64,000 nucleotides of DNA from an alpha proteobacterium SCGC AAA536-K22 (GTDB lineage Bacteria; Pseudomonadota; Alphaproteobacteria; Puniceispirillales; Marisalimonadaceae). This document shows positions 36,251 to 47,948 of the stretch, piece by piece. A program made the position numbers and the translations under genes. The notes beneath the pieces are model-generated. The model ran no database searches. It was given only the letters and a program-made list of their open reading frames with translations, and was not told the origin of the DNA. The stretch is from contig ATWQ01000010.1 of assembly GCA_000421325.1 (NCBI GenBank), positions 22 to 64,021 on the forward strand. Direction: 5' to 3'. Numbering within the stretch: position 1 is the stretch's first letter; every line of letters starts with the position of its first letter.

Positions 36251-37894
36251 TTAGTTAGCTTGCCTTCTAAGAAAAGCAGGAATTTCAAGAACTTTCTCAT
36301 CGACGTCTTTGGGCTCTTGCTCAATATCAGTTAAATTAATTTGATGATCATCAACTATAGTTTGGTCTTTATTAGTAAATAAATCAAAATTACTGTTAGT
36401 GTTAGTGTTAGTGTTAGTGTTAGTGTTAGTTTTAATTGGCAAATCTATATTATTTTTTTGATCAATGTTCAAATTTGAAACTTTTTCTTCATGTGTAACT
36501 TCACTCTCTATAATTAAGCTTGGTTCTAATTTTATTTCTTCAGACTTTTCATTACTAAAGAATGATGAAAAACGATTAAATAGTGTTTTAGGTTTAGTTT
36601 CCGTAAATTGATTATGGGGTTTTCTGTCTAAAACATGATTTAGTTCTTCCTTGCCTTCATTTATAAAAGATAAATCTGTTTGATGAATTTCATTATGGAA
36701 ATCTTTTTCATTCTGAAAATCCTTTTGACTTATACCTAATTGATCTATTTTGGTTTCAAGGTCAATTTGACTATCAGAAGCTTCCTCTGCATCATTATAA
36801 TATTCCTCAGTAGGAATATTTTTAAGATCAATTTCAACATCATCAATTTTATAAGTATTTTCCTCTAAATTTTGTTTGATTTCTTCATTAGTTTTATAAC
36901 AGTCTATTTCAGTATTTGCTTGTTCACTATAGTTAATTCCAGTTGCCACTACGGAAACTTTTATTATTCCCTCTAAATTATCATCTATGGATGATCCAAA
37001 AATGATGTTAGCATTTTCGTCAACTTCATTTCTAATTTTACTGGCTGCTTCATCAACTTCAAACAACGCCATGTCAGGGCCTCCTTGAATATTTAATAAA
37101 ATAGATTTAGCGCCTTTTATATTACTATCGTCTAGAAGTGGATTGTTGAGTGCTGCTTGAGCAGCGTTTTTGGCTCTTTCTTCTCCAGAACTTTCCCCAG
37201 TTCCCATCATTGCTTTACCCATATTTCCCATAACTGCTTTAATATCAGCAAAATCTAAGTTTATCATTCCAGGGTCTGTTATTAAATTTGTTATGCCACA
37301 GACACCTTGGTAAAGGACATCGTCTGCCATTTTGAAAGCTTCGGCAAAAGTTGTTTTTTCATTCGCAATTTTAAACAGATTTTGATTAGGAATGATTATT
37401 AAAGTATCTACATTTTCTTTTAATAAAGCTAATCCATTTTCTGCAACTGCCATACGTTTTTTACCTTCAAAGTCAAAAGGTTTGGTTACAACAGCTACCG
37501 TTAATATACCTTTATCTCTAGCAGCCTTGGCAATTACAGGGGACGCACCAGATCCAGTGCCTCCTCCCATTCCAGTAGTTATGAACAGCATATTAACATC
37601 ACCCAACTCTGAAATAATTTCTTCAATTGATTCCTCGGCTGCTTTTTTGCCTGTCTCTGCATCTGAACCAGCACCAAGACCTAAGGTTGTATTTTTACCA
37701 AGTTGTATTTGTCTTTGTGTAAGACTTCTAGATAATGCTTGTCCATCAGTATTTGCTGCAATAAAATCTATATTATTTATATTTGCATTAATCATCGTAT
37801 TTACGGCATTACCTCCAGCTCCTCCAATTCCAATTACTGCAATTTGAGGTTTGGCATCATTTATATTCTCAGGGATTGTAATATTAAGTGTCAT
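36251..37894 (-). CDS. ftsZ: Cell division protein FtsZ with a long C-terminal linker
   Basis: [18 protein letters not shown] and NLDFAD motifs; C-terminal [12 protein letters not shown]. Confidence 0.99.
   Translation of the reverse strand: MTLNITIPENINDAKPQIAVIGIGGAGGNAVNTMINANINNIDFIAANTDGQALSRSLTQRQIQLGKNTTLGLGAGSDAETGKKAAEESIEEIISELGDVNMLFITTGMGGGTGSGASPVIAKAARDKGILTVAVVTKPFDFEGKKRMAVAENGLALLKENVDTLIIIPNQNLFKIANEKTTFAEAFKMADDVLYQGVCGITNLITDPGMINLDFADIKAVMGNMGKAMMGTGESSGEERAKNAAQAALNNPLLDDSNIKGAKSILLNIQGGPDMALFEVDEAASKIRNEVDENANIIFGSSIDDNLEGIIKVSVVATGINYSEQANTEIDCYKTNEEIKQNLEENTYKIDDVEIDLKNIPTEEYYNDAEEASDSQIDLETKIDQLGISQKDFQNEKDFHNEIHQTDLSFINEGKEELNHVLDRKPHNQFTETKPKTLFNRFSSFFSNEKSEEIKLEPSLIIESEVTHEEKVSNLNIDQKNNIDLPIKTNTNTNTNTNTNSNFDLFTNKDQTIVDDHQINLTDIEQEPKDVDEKVLEIPAFLRRQAN
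36395..36430. repeat. (GTTAGT)x6 microsatellite encoding (TN)6 in the FtsZ linker
   Basis: Six perfect tandem hexamers read directly from the sequence. Confidence 0.95.
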
Positions 37895-37933
37895 TTTTTT
37901 GCTCCTTATTTTTAGTTAGTTAATTACTGTTAT

Positions 37934-39190
37934 TTATAAATTTTCATCAAGCCAATCGCTAATCCTTCCAAAATAGTTGAATAAACCTGAATTCATTTTA
38001 TTAGAAATTAATAATTTTTCCTGCTGTAAGCTTTTTATTAGTAATCCGGTTAAGCATGAAAAAGTAGGGGTATGGACAATTTCTGGTATATCTACAAGCC
38101 CAATTGGTCGTCCTATTCTAACATTTGTGTTTAAGTAAGATGATGCAAGTTCTCTAACATTATTAAGGTTTGCACCTCCACCACACAAGATTACTTTATT
38201 TATTGAGTTCTCGCTTAGTGTTAAAAAAGTTAGTCTTTCTTTTACAAGTTCAAAAATTTCTTCAATTCTTGGTTTTATTATTGCTGTTAACATAGCTCTT
38301 GGAATCTCTTGATCTACAATTTCACCTTCATCAGAAATAATTGGCACGTCAATTTTTGTATATTCATCAGTTTCATTTGAAAGTGCGGAACCATATAAAA
38401 TCTTAATTTTTTCGGCATCTTCTGCTTTGGTTCCTAATCCACGAACAATATCACTAGTAATATGAACACCACCAATTGGAATAGAATCTGAAAATATTAT
38501 TTTATTTTTAATAAAAACACCTATACTAGTAACGTTTCCACCAAGATCAATTACGATTGCTCCATTAAGTCTTTCGTCTTCAATCAGTGTTGAAACACCC
38601 GAAGCTTCTGAGCATATTATGAATTTATCAATTGAAAGATGACATAAATCGATTGCGCTAGAAATGTTTTCAATTACCCTTTTTTGTCCATAGATATTAC
38701 TTATTTCAATAAATAAATTATCTGTATGTATACCTATTGGATTATCTACTGGAGTATTATTGTCGATATAATATTTAATTATTGAAGATGATAAAAATTT
38801 ATAATTTTCAATTAATTTAGGTTTGTTCATTTTTTGAATTTTTACTATATCACTTTTCATAACTTGGCCATTTTCAATTTTCAATTTATTCCGAGTCACT
38901 TTAGTAATTGGTCTACCGCCAGAAAGACTGCATATTACTCTATTTATAGGAAAACCAGCCATAGTTTCAGCTCCTTCTACTGCCTTAGCAATTGAATTTG
39001 CTATTTCTTTCATATCAGTAACTATACCATTGGTAATACCTAAAGATGCATGTTGTCCAAATCCCAAAACTTTAACCTGTATGTCATTATTTTTTGCAGA
39101 TGTTCCTATTAGGGAAGATACTTTAGTGTTGCCTATGTCTATGACAGCAAATATATCATTAGATCTTTTTATATTACTTGTTACGGTCAT
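37934..39190 (-). CDS. ftsA: Cell division protein FtsA
   Basis: IDIGNTKV, IDLGGNVT, GGVHITSDI and LCGGGA motifs. Confidence 0.96.
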   Translation of the reverse strand: MTVTSNIKRSNDIFAVIDIGNTKVSSLIGTSAKNNDIQVKVLGFGQHASLGITNGIVTDMKEIANSIAKAVEGAETMAGFPINRVICSLSGGRPITKVTRNKLKIENGQVMKSDIVKIQKMNKPKLIENYKFLSSSIIKYYIDNNTPVDNPIGIHTDNLFIEISNIYGQKRVIENISSAIDLCHLSIDKFIICSEASGVSTLIEDERLNGAIVIDLGGNVTSIGVFIKNKIIFSDSIPIGGVHITSDIVRGLGTKAEDAEKIKILYGSALSNETDEYTKIDVPIISDEGEIVDQEIPRAMLTAIIKPRIEEIFELVKERLTFLTLSENSINKVILCGGGANLNNVRELASSYLNTNVRIGRPIGLVDIPEIVHTPTFSCLTGLLIKSLQQEKLLISNKMNSGLFNYFGRISDWLDENL

Positions 39191-40020
39191 AAATGTTTCC
39201 TTCTAAGAATGACCTTCTTATCGAAGTTAATTTTACCAAGTATTTGTTCCGGGTTCCTAAGGTCAATTTCTATAAGTCTAAGATTTAAAATATTATAATC
39301 TGTTTGAAGTTTGATAATTTTTTGCCATGCTTTCATTACATTTTGAGATGGTAAGCGAACAATTAACCCTTGATTAAAATGTAGATCCCATCTTCTTTGA
39401 TTTATAAATGTTAAGGACCATATATTTTTTGAAAAATTTTTATTTGTTTCTAATATTTTTAATATAGTAGATATATTCTTTTTGGATTTCTCACCTTTAA
39501 TAATTGGAAAATTATTTTTAAATCTATTAACATTTGCGTGAGAAATTACATCACCATTTATGGTAATCAGTTTATTACCTTTTTGGTTTTGCCAAATTGC
39601 AATTGGTTTCTTTTCTAAAACCTTTATTTTGATTGTGTCTGGAAGTATTCTTTCAACATAAGTTTCTTCGACCCAGCTATTTTGAATTATTTTGTTATAT
39701 ATTCTATGAAGATTAACGTTTAAAATATTAATGTGGTTTTGAGTTTTTATAATATTCCTGAGATAATCTTGGGATAAATTATGCGTGCCACTGATTAAAA
39801 TATTTTTTATTTTAAATCCATTTTTGATAAGAAATTGATCCAACGGAGTTGATTGATTTATTAAATAATTTTTGTTTGATTTACTAAAAAAATACAAACT
39901 ACTTAAAATTAAAATAAATAATAAAACTGACCAATAAATTATTTTCATAATTTTTTTTGTTCCAAATTTATAAAATCTTGTCTTGAAAGTATTTTTTTCC
40001 TGATTCATTAACTTTAACAT
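39187..40020 (-). CDS. ftsQ: Cell division protein FtsQ/DivIB
   Basis: N-terminal TM, POTRA domain (WVE...ERILPDTIKI), RRWDL and IDLR motifs. Confidence 0.9.
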   Translation of the reverse strand: MLKLMNQEKNTFKTRFYKFGTKKIMKIIYWSVLLFILILSSLYFFSKSNKNYLINQSTPLDQFLIKNGFKIKNILISGTHNLSQDYLRNIIKTQNHINILNVNLHRIYNKIIQNSWVEETYVERILPDTIKIKVLEKKPIAIWQNQKGNKLITINGDVISHANVNRFKNNFPIIKGEKSKKNISTILKILETNKNFSKNIWSLTFINQRRWDLHFNQGLIVRLPSQNVMKAWQKIIKLQTDYNILNLRLIEIDLRNPEQILGKINFDKKVILRRKHL

Positions 40021-40946
40021 TCGTAGGACGCCTCCTCAATGATGATCTTAACCATTTCAGATAAGCTAATGTTACAAAACAAGGCCTGTTCTGGAGATAG
40101 GGACGTCTCAGTCATTCCTGGTTGAGTGTTGATTTCTAGCATATATAATTGATTATTTATTTTGTCATACCTAAAATCACTTCTTGAGATACCCTTGCAG
40201 CCTAGAATTTTATGTGCTCTAAGAGCCCATGACATAGCTTGTTCATATGTCGGCCTTGGAATTTTTGCAGGAATTTCATGTATTGATCCATTTCTCTCAT
40301 ATTTAGCTTTATAATTATAAAATTCCTCATTCTGAGCAGCTTTTATCTCAGTCACGCATAATGGTTTATCTCTCAATACCGTAACTGTAAGCTCCATTGA
40401 CCCAACAAATTCTTCTGCCATTAGATCTTTCCACTTAAATTCATTTTTAAGAGGAATGGTATTTTGTCCTTTTACAATTTTTACTCCCACCGAACTACCC
40501 CCACTTTTTGGTTTTAAAACATATAATCCTTTATAATTTTTAATAGATAGTTTTTTTCCTTCATTAATTTGTAATGTTTTAGGGAATATAATTGGATCAT
40601 CTGTACTTTCTGTTGTATTAAGGACTAATCTTTTAAAATAAATTTTGTTCATAGAAATTGCAGAAGCAGCAACCCCTGAATGGGTGTAGGGTATTTTAAG
40701 TAAATTTAGTAATCCTTGTATAGAACCATTTTCACCAGAATTGCCATGTAAAGCATTAAAGCAAACGTCAGCTTTTAAGCTAATTAAATTATTTACATTC
40801 ATCTTGGCAACATCAACTTCAGTTACTATAAATCCATTTTCTTTTATAGCTTTAGAACATGCTTTTGCTGAGTTTAGAGATACTTCCCTTTCTGATCCGA
40901 AGCCTCCTTTTAATAATAAAACATGCATGTTTTCTCTAATCTTCAT
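40014..40946 (-). CDS. ddl: D-alanine--D-alanine ligase
   Basis: GGFGSEREVSL, ALHG..GENG, GSSVG and LEINTQPGMT motifs. Confidence 0.96.
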   Translation of the reverse strand: MKIRENMHVLLLKGGFGSEREVSLNSAKACSKAIKENGFIVTEVDVAKMNVNNLISLKADVCFNALHGNSGENGSIQGLLNLLKIPYTHSGVAASAISMNKIYFKRLVLNTTESTDDPIIFPKTLQINEGKKLSIKNYKGLYVLKPKSGGSSVGVKIVKGQNTIPLKNEFKWKDLMAEEFVGSMELTVTVLRDKPLCVTEIKAAQNEEFYNYKAKYERNGSIHEIPAKIPRPTYEQAMSWALRAHKILGCKGISRSDFRYDKINNQLYMLEINTQPGMTETSLSPEQALFCNISLSEMVKIIIEEASYEC

Positions 40947-41836
40947 TTAATACCAACTCTTTGAATTTCCCAGTTCAATTTTATTCCAGAGGTTTCAAAC
41001 ACTTTTAATCTTACTTTTTTGCCCAATTCTTCAATTTGTTGAGCAGAGGAGTTTTTTAAATTAATAATAAAGTTACAATGTTTGTCAGAAATTATTGCAT
41101 CGCCGATTTTAAGCCCTCTACAACCGGCTTTATCTATAAGTTTCCATGCTTTATGACCAATAGGATTTTTAAATGTGCTACCACCTGTTTTAATGCCTGT
41201 AGGTTGGGTTGTTTTCCTTAAATTAAGTATTTTTTTCATTTTATTCTCTATATTTTTCGTGTTATCACACCAACTCCTGAAACGAGCTTTATAAAAAATC
41301 CATTCATCACTTACTCCAATTTTTCTATAATCCATCTTTAATTCGTGATTAGAAAAAACTTTTAACTTTCCAGAATTATTAATAGCAGTTACATCTATTA
41401 AAATATCTTTAAATTCTGATCCAAATGCTCCTGAGTTCATTTTGATACCTCCTCCAATTGTACCAGGTATCCCGAGTAAAAATTCAAGACCAGCTCTTTC
41501 ATAATCACGTGCAAATCTTGCAACTTCTGCATCAGTAGCTCCTGCTTGAGCCGAAATAATTCCGTTATTATCTATGCTAATTTTCTTTAATTTTTTTGTA
41601 ACTAATACAATCCCATTGATTCCTTTATCTCGGATTAAAAGGTTTGACCCAGCTCCAATAGCAAAAACTTTATATTCTTGAGGTTTATTTTTTAAAAATT
41701 CTATAAGAGACTTTTCATCTTCAGGTGTAAAAAGTATTTCAGCATTACCCCCCACACCAAACCAGGTGAACTTTGCTAATTTCTGGTCTAATTTTATATT
41801 TGTAATATATTTTTTTTTAAATATTTCTATATCCAT
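40943..41836 (-). CDS. murB: UDP-N-acetylenolpyruvoylglucosamine reductase
   Basis: GAGSNLL, GIPGTIGG, GGSTFKNP and KHCNF motifs. ATG at 41836 preferred. Confidence 0.95.
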   Translation of the reverse strand: MDIEIFKKKYITNIKLDQKLAKFTWFGVGGNAEILFTPEDEKSLIEFLKNKPQEYKVFAIGAGSNLLIRDKGINGIVLVTKKLKKISIDNNGIISAQAGATDAEVARFARDYERAGLEFLLGIPGTIGGGIKMNSGAFGSEFKDILIDVTAINNSGKLKVFSNHELKMDYRKIGVSDEWIFYKARFRSWCDNTKNIENKMKKILNLRKTTQPTGIKTGGSTFKNPIGHKAWKLIDKAGCRGLKIGDAIISDKHCNFIINLKNSSAQQIEELGKKVRLKVFETSGIKLNWEIQRVGIK

Positions 41837-43233
41837 AATATAAATCATCTTCTAGTTTGTTAGCAATTTTAGTTATTGATCCAGCTCCAAGACAAATTAT
41901 TAAATCATTCGGTTGGGCAAGCTTTAATATTGTTTTAATAAGAGTTTTTTTATCTTTCATGTAAGATACATTTTTGTGTCCATATTTGGATAAACCAATT
42001 TCTAAATCAGTACTTTCAAAATTTTGAATTGGTTCTTCACCTGCAGAATAAACATCAAGAAGAAAAACATGATCAGCATCATTAAAACAACTACAAAAAT
42101 CATTAAATAGATCTCTTAATCTACTATAACGATGAGGTTGAAAAACACTTATAATTTTATGTTTAGGTGTAATAAGCCTTGCAGCAGCAAGTGCGGAGCT
42201 TATTTCAACTGGATGGTGTCCATAATCATCTATTATGCATGTGTCTCTAAATTTACCAACTTTTTGAAACCTTCTTTCAATACCAGTAAAGGTTTTTAAT
42301 GTTTTCTTAATTTTTGTAATTGGAATTTTTAATTCTATTCCTACCGCTATAGTCGCAAGTGCATTTTGAATATTATGTAATCCAATCATAGAGAATTCTA
42401 TTTTATAATTTTTATTTTTATGCTCTTTTAGGTTTGATATATTTAATAAAAAGAACATTTTATTGTCTTTATATGAGATGCTTGTTGCTCTTATATCAGC
42501 ATTTGCAGACAGGCCATAAGTGATAACTTTTTTGTTCTGTAGTTTTGAAATTAATTTTTGTGTTCTTGGATTGTCTATGCAAAGGCAAACAAATCCATAA
42601 AACGGTATTGATGATACAAACTGAAAAAATGCTTTCTCTAGGTTCTCTTCTGATTTATGATAATCAAGGTGTTCTAAATCTATGTTTGTAATTATTGCAA
42701 CTGTTGGATTTAATTTTGCAAAGCTACCATCACTCTCGTCAGCTTCAACAACCATCCATTCACCATTACCAAGTTTTGCATTGCTATCCAAAGAAGAAAT
42801 TATACCTCCATTTATGATTGTTGGATCCATGCCATTTTCTTCAATCATTTTTGCTATCAAAGAAGTAGTAGTTGTTTTTCCATGGGTTCCAGCTATTGCT
42901 ATTGATTGCTTTAAGCGCATTAATTCACCTAACATTTCAGCTCTATGAACTATTGGAAGAAACATTTTTTTTTGCTGCTAAATATTCTTTATTTATCTCG
43001 GAGATTGCTGTAGATACAACGACTATCTTCGCATTCACAATGTTTGACTTTTTTTGTCCTATAAAGATTTTAATTCCAATTTTCTTTAGTCTAATTGTGT
43101 TATTACTGTTAGTTATGTCACTACCTTGAACATTATATCCCGATTGAAATAAAATTTCTGCGATGCCACTCATTCCAATTCCACCAATACCAATAAAGTG
43201 AATAACTCCCAAATTTTTTGGACTTTTTAACAT
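41817..43233 (-). CDS. murC: UDP-N-acetylmuramate--L-alanine ligase; frameshifted in a 9-base run at 42965-42973
   Basis: HFIGIGGIGMSG lies in ORF 42943-43233; GTHGKTTTT, EADESDG and DDYGHHP lie in ORF 41817-42965. Deleting one base fuses them. Confidence 0.94.
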
Positions 43234-44393
43234 ATTGAGGAAACAACCTTTTTATTATTATTTTTAATTTTGAAAATACATTCACACAAAAAATCTGTAG
43301 GTGTTTTATTATCTCTTAATCTCTTAAGCTTATTAGATAGTTTTTTTATTTGATTACTTGCTTCAACAAGTTTATTAGGATTGAGTAAAATATTTTTTAT
43401 TAAATTTTCAAGTTCACTAATATTTTTATTAGTTTGACTAATTAACCAACCACCCTTGTTACTTTCAATAAATCTAGCATTTTCATATTGGTGATTATCT
43501 AAAGCGGTAGGTAAGGGAATGAATATAACAGGCCTGTTAGAAGCTAAAATTTCAGCAACACTTGAACCACCTGATCTAGTAATTATCAAATGAGCAATTT
43601 TAAACTTTATAGAAATATCTTCAAAGAAACTGCTTATTTCAGAGTCAATTTTATTAATTTTATAACTCTCACGTACAAACTCTATTTCTTCTTTTCTTAC
43701 TTGCTGAATTATTTTTATTTTTTTCTTCATATCCTGGGGAAGAGAACAAATAATTGAAGTTAAATGTTCTGATAAAAAGCTAGATCCAAGACTTCCTCCA
43801 TATATTAAAATGTAAAAATATTCGCTCTTTTTATTGGGAAGTAAATACTTATGTTTTCCAATTTCATAAAATTCTTTTCTCACAGGATTACCAGTGTAGA
43901 TAGACTTCTTTATTTTTGGAAGATTTTTAGTTTTTGAAAAAGACAGTGCTAAGACGTCAGAAATTTTACAAAGTAGTTTATTTGCTCTTCCTATAACAGT
44001 ATTTTGTTCATGAATTATTGAGGGTATATTAAAGATTTTAGCTGCTAGGATTGGAGCTACTGATGGATAACCACCAAAACCGATAACAGCAACTGGTTTG
44101 TAGTTTAGGATTAACAAAATTGATTGAAAAGTTGAAATGAAAAATTGAAAAAAAGATTTCAATTTATTTATTAAAAATTTATTACTTGGGCTTGATACTC
44201 TATGAGTAAATATTTTAAAATTTATCTCTTTATTAATAAAAGAATTATTGAAATAATTTTTACCTCTTTCGTCAGTAATTATGATTAATAAATGATTTTG
44301 AATTTGATTAATTATAGATAATGATGGAAAAATATGACCACCTGTTCCGCCTGTAGCAATTAAAATAGTATTTTTTGGATTTGCATTATTCAT
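43227..44393 (-). CDS. murG: Undecaprenyl-PP-MurNAc-pentapeptide GlcNAc transferase
   Basis: GGTGGHIFP, GFGGY, HEQN, GGSLGS and HQYENA motifs. Start is uncertain (44393 or 44408). Confidence 0.95.
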   Translation of the reverse strand: MNNANPKNTILIATGGTGGHIFPSLSIINQIQNHLLIIITDERGKNYFNNSFINKEINFKIFTHRVSSPSNKFLINKLKSFFQFFISTFQSILLILNYKPVAVIGFGGYPSVAPILAAKIFNIPSIIHEQNTVIGRANKLLCKISDVLALSFSKTKNLPKIKKSIYTGNPVRKEFYEIGKHKYLLPNKKSEYFYILIYGGSLGSSFLSEHLTSIICSLPQDMKKKIKIIQQVRKEEIEFVRESYKINKIDSEISSFFEDISIKFKIAHLIITRSGGSSVAEILASNRPVIFIPLPTALDNHQYENARFIESNKGGWLISQTNKNISELENLIKNILLNPNKLVEASNQIKKLSNKLKRLRDNKTPTDFLCECIFKIKNNNKKVVSSIC

Positions 44394-45528
44394 AATTACT
44401 TTGCTCATAATTTTTTGGTTTTAAAGTTTCTAGTGAAATATTTTTTCTTGTTAAAGATAATAATATTCCAGCTGTAATAGCTGATGCTAAAATAGATGAC
44501 CCGCCATAAGACAAAAAAGGTAAAGTCATCCCTTTAGTAGGAATAAGATCCGTGTTACTTGCTAAATGTATCAATGATTGAAAGCCAAATTGAAAAGCAA
44601 GACCGCTTACGGAAAGAATAAAAAAAAGATTATTTGTTTTTAAGCTGTATAAAAATGATCGTAATATGATTAAACAGTAGATTGCTACAATTAGACAACA
44701 TATCAAAACACCATATTCTTCAGCTGCTACTGCAAAAACAAAATCCGAGTGTGCATCTGGCAAAGATTTTTTATAAAAACCTTCTCCTGGTCCTTTTCCC
44801 CAAAAACCACCTGATTCAAACGACTGTAGTGATTTTGAAACTTGATATGTCTTGCCTTCAATAAAATTATCTATTCTTATTTTAACATGATTAAAATTTT
44901 GATAAGATACTATCATAAATATAGGAAATGCTAGAACAAGAAGCAAAATAATAAGTAGAGGTATCCCAGTAATAAATAGTTGAAACCCCCAAGTAAATAT
45001 CATAACAATTGTCATTCCTAAATCTGGTTGTAATAGTAATAGAGCCGATATAATTATTATTAAAGCAACGGAACATATCCAACCTGGAGACTTTGACTTT
45101 TCAACCCATAAAGTTAAAATCCATGCATTAAATATTACAAAAAATGGTTTGCATGCTTCACTAGGTTGAAAACTAAAGCTACCAAGATAAAACCATCTTT
45201 GAGCACCTTTTATTCTCTCCCCTTCAAACAAAATGAAAAGTAATAAACAAATAGATACTAGAAGACCAAATATACAAAAGATTTTGATCTGTTTCTGATT
45301 TAAAATTGAGAAAAATACTATAATTGGGATACTTATTGATCCAAATAATAAATGCCTAATTGTAAAATGATGTGATGGTATATTTAGGCTTTCAGCTAGA
45401 TGCTGACTTGATGCCATAACTAAAAATATGCCAAAAATTATTAAAGTAAAAAATCCCGTTAACAGATATCTATCAATCGTCCACCACCAAAGTGCTATAT
45501 TTGATCTATCAGAACGTGTAATTTTCAT
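44386..45528 (-). CDS. ftsW: SEDS peptidoglycan glycosyltransferase FtsW
   Basis: FQPSE, QPDLG, LPDAHSDF and PTKGMTLPFLSYGGSS motifs. Confidence 0.95.
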   Translation of the reverse strand: MKITRSDRSNIALWWWTIDRYLLTGFFTLIIFGIFLVMASSQHLAESLNIPSHHFTIRHLLFGSISIPIIVFFSILNQKQIKIFCIFGLLVSICLLLFILFEGERIKGAQRWFYLGSFSFQPSEACKPFFVIFNAWILTLWVEKSKSPGWICSVALIIIISALLLLQPDLGMTIVMIFTWGFQLFITGIPLLIILLLVLAFPIFMIVSYQNFNHVKIRIDNFIEGKTYQVSKSLQSFESGGFWGKGPGEGFYKKSLPDAHSDFVFAVAAEEYGVLICCLIVAIYCLIILRSFLYSLKTNNLFFILSVSGLAFQFGFQSLIHLASNTDLIPTKGMTLPFLSYGGSSILASAITAGILLSLTRKNISLETLKPKNYEQSNYE

Positions 45529-46851
45529 CTAGATTATACCTTTTATAAGTTGGCCTTTAACAATTTTTTTAAATTTATTACCTCGATCCTCAAAATTTTT
45601 AAATTGATCAAAACTCGCGGCTGAAGGAGATAACAAAATCACACATTTTTTTAATTTAGATATTTTACTTTTTTTAAGGGCAAGTTTGGTAGCATTTTCT
45701 ATTGTGACACACACGTTTAGAGGAATATTTTTATTGAATTTTAAAATTTCTTCTGAAAAGTAATTTGTTGAATCACCAATTATAAAAATCTCTACAACTT
45801 TATCTAAACAATTCTTAGCTTCACCTATTCCATCATTCTTCGGTTTTCCGCCAACAATCCAAAATATATTATTAAACGATTTTAATGCAGCAGCTGTTGA
45901 CTCACCATTTGTAGATTTGCTGTCATTAATTATTTCTAAATCTTTAGAAACATATATCTGCTCCATCCTGTGTGATAATCCTTTAAAACGCTTAATTGCT
46001 AAGGCTATTTTATTATCGTTAATATTTAATTTTTTTGCTATTGATATGGCAATTGATGCATTTATTGCATTATGAGTACCTTTTAGATGGTCATTATCAT
46101 TAATAAAATCTGTAAATTCCTTTTTGTGTATCCTAATTAATTTCAGAGATTTGTAATTATCTGTATCAATGATTTTATCTAATAATTTATTACTCTTATC
46201 AAAGATAAATATTCCATTATTTCTTAAAAAGTTAATTATCTTTAACTTAGAGGTTATATACCTAACAAAATTCTCGTGATAATCCAGATGATCTGGGGTT
46301 ATATTAATAATTGTTGCCATGTCTAAAGATAAATTTTTTGCGCCATCTAATTGATAACTTGATAATTCAAGAATTATTACGCCGTTTTCCCCCGGGTCAT
46401 TTATAGAGCATGCGGGGACACCAAAATTACCGCATATAACACTTTTTATTTTATTAAATTTTAAGATATGAAATAACAAAGCTGCTGTTGTTGATTTTCC
46501 ATTTGTACCTGTAATACCAATAATTTTAGCTTTAGGATTTGTCTCAACAAATAGGTCAATATCATTGATAATTTGAACATTATTATCTATAGCAAGCTTT
46601 ATAGCATTGTGTTTTTGTTCAGAATTTATAGGTATCCCAGGGCTAACTACTAATGTTTTGATACTTTCCCATGGCCAATAATTATAATTAATCCAATTTC
46701 TTTTTTTGATAATAGATGGTTTTTCTTTTTTATCGTCAAAAACAAAAATATTAGCCTTTGAATTTAATAATACTTTTGCAGCAGCTAAGCCAGACAAACC
46801 TAATCCTAAAATTCCAACATCCTTATTCTTGTAATTAACAATATTATTCAA
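45529..46851 (-). CDS. murD: UDP-MurNAc-L-Ala--D-Glu ligase
   Basis: GLGLSG, GTNGKST, ELSSYQL, NDSKSTN and LSPSAASFDQF motifs. Confidence 0.95.
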   Translation of the reverse strand: MNNIVNYKNKDVGILGLGLSGLAAAKVLLNSKANIFVFDDKKEKPSIIKKRNWINYNYWPWESIKTLVVSPGIPINSEQKHNAIKLAIDNNVQIINDIDLFVETNPKAKIIGITGTNGKSTTAALLFHILKFNKIKSVICGNFGVPACSINDPGENGVIILELSSYQLDGAKNLSLDMATIINITPDHLDYHENFVRYITSKLKIINFLRNNGIFIFDKSNKLLDKIIDTDNYKSLKLIRIHKKEFTDFINDNDHLKGTHNAINASIAISIAKKLNINDNKIALAIKRFKGLSHRMEQIYVSKDLEIINDSKSTNGESTAAALKSFNNIFWIVGGKPKNDGIGEAKNCLDKVVEIFIIGDSTNYFSEEILKFNKNIPLNVCVTIENATKLALKKSKISKLKKCVILLSPSAASFDQFKNFEDRGNKFKKIVKGQLIKGII

Positions 46852-46856
46852 TTTTA

Positions 46857-47948
46857 TTACCTTAGTTTAAGTGTAGAAAGACCTATTAAAGCTAAAATTA
46901 CTGCTATTATCCAAAATCTGATTACAATTGTAGATTCAGCCCATCCTTTTTGTTCAAAATGATGATGCAGTGGTGCCATTTTAAATATTCTTTTACCTGT
47001 AAGCTTGAAAGAAACTATTTGTACAATGACGGATATAGTTTCTAACACAAACAGACCACCTATTATTATTAATACTATCTCATGCCTTGACACTGAAGCA
47101 CTTACGCCTATTACGGCACCGAGTGACAATGAACCAGTATCACCCATAAAAACCATAGCTGGTGGAGCATTAAACCATAGAAAACCTAATCCTGAACCAA
47201 TTATTGCTCCAAGAAAAACTGCTATTTCTCCAACACCTGGGACATAATTAATCTGCAAATAATTAGAGAAATTTAAATGTCCAGTTAAATAAACAATTAT
47301 GGCTAAAGAGCTTGCTGCGATCATTACAGGAACTATTGCTAAACCGTCTAAGCCATCAGTTAAGTTAACTGCGTTTGAAGATCCAACAATTACTAGAATT
47401 ACGAAAGGAATATAAAAAATTCCTAAAAAAACTATATTTTCTTTAATAAAAGGAATGGATAAAGAATTTTGCAAACTTTGAGGGGTGTTATTGGAAATAA
47501 ACCAAGCAGCTATAAAAGCTATTAAAATTTGTGGAATTATTTTTTGATAACTTTTTAGACCATTACTTGTCATTTTAGAGACCTTAATCCAATCATCTAA
47601 CAGCCCTATTAATCCGAAAGATATTGCCACTCCTAAAATTATCCAAATATATACATTGTCTAACTTCGCCCATAAAAGTGTAGAGGCGGTAAAAGCTAAT
47701 ACAATTAACAAACCTCCCATTGTAGGAGTACCAGTTTTGAATAAAATGTGACTTTTGGGCCCGTCAGATCTTATTGGTTGACCTCTTTTTTGCATTTTCT
47801 TTAATAAAGCAATAATTTTAGGACCAAAAATAAAACTGATTAATAAAGCAGTTAATAAAGCTCCAATAGATCTAAAAGTAATATACTTGAATAAATTTAG
47901 AGGTTGGAAATATTCAGTATAAGCAAGAAAAAGATCAGGCAACATCAC
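46857..47948 (-). CDS. mraY: Phospho-N-acetylmuramoyl-pentapeptide transferase
   Basis: GTPTMGG, NAVNLTDGLDG, FMGDTGS and MAPLHHHFE motifs. Confidence 0.98.
   Translation of the reverse strand: MMLPDLFLAYTEYFQPLNLFKYITFRSIGALLTALLISFIFGPKIIALLKKMQKRGQPIRSDGPKSHILFKTGTPTMGGLLIVLAFTASTLLWAKLDNVYIWIILGVAISFGLIGLLDDWIKVSKMTSNGLKSYQKIIPQILIAFIAAWFISNNTPQSLQNSLSIPFIKENIVFLGIFYIPFVILVIVGSSNAVNLTDGLDGLAIVPVMIAASSLAIIVYLTGHLNFSNYLQINYVPGVGEIAVFLGAIIGSGLGFLWFNAPPAMVFMGDTGSLSLGAVIGVSASVSRHEIVLIIIGGLFVLETISVIVQIVSFKLTGKRIFKMAPLHHHFEQKGWAESTIVIRFWIIAVILALIGLSTLKLR

Noticed and set aside
36395-36430. Tandem repeat as a CRISPR array or phase-variation switch
   Set aside because: The unit is 6 bp with no spacers and keeps the reading frame, so it cannot switch the gene off.
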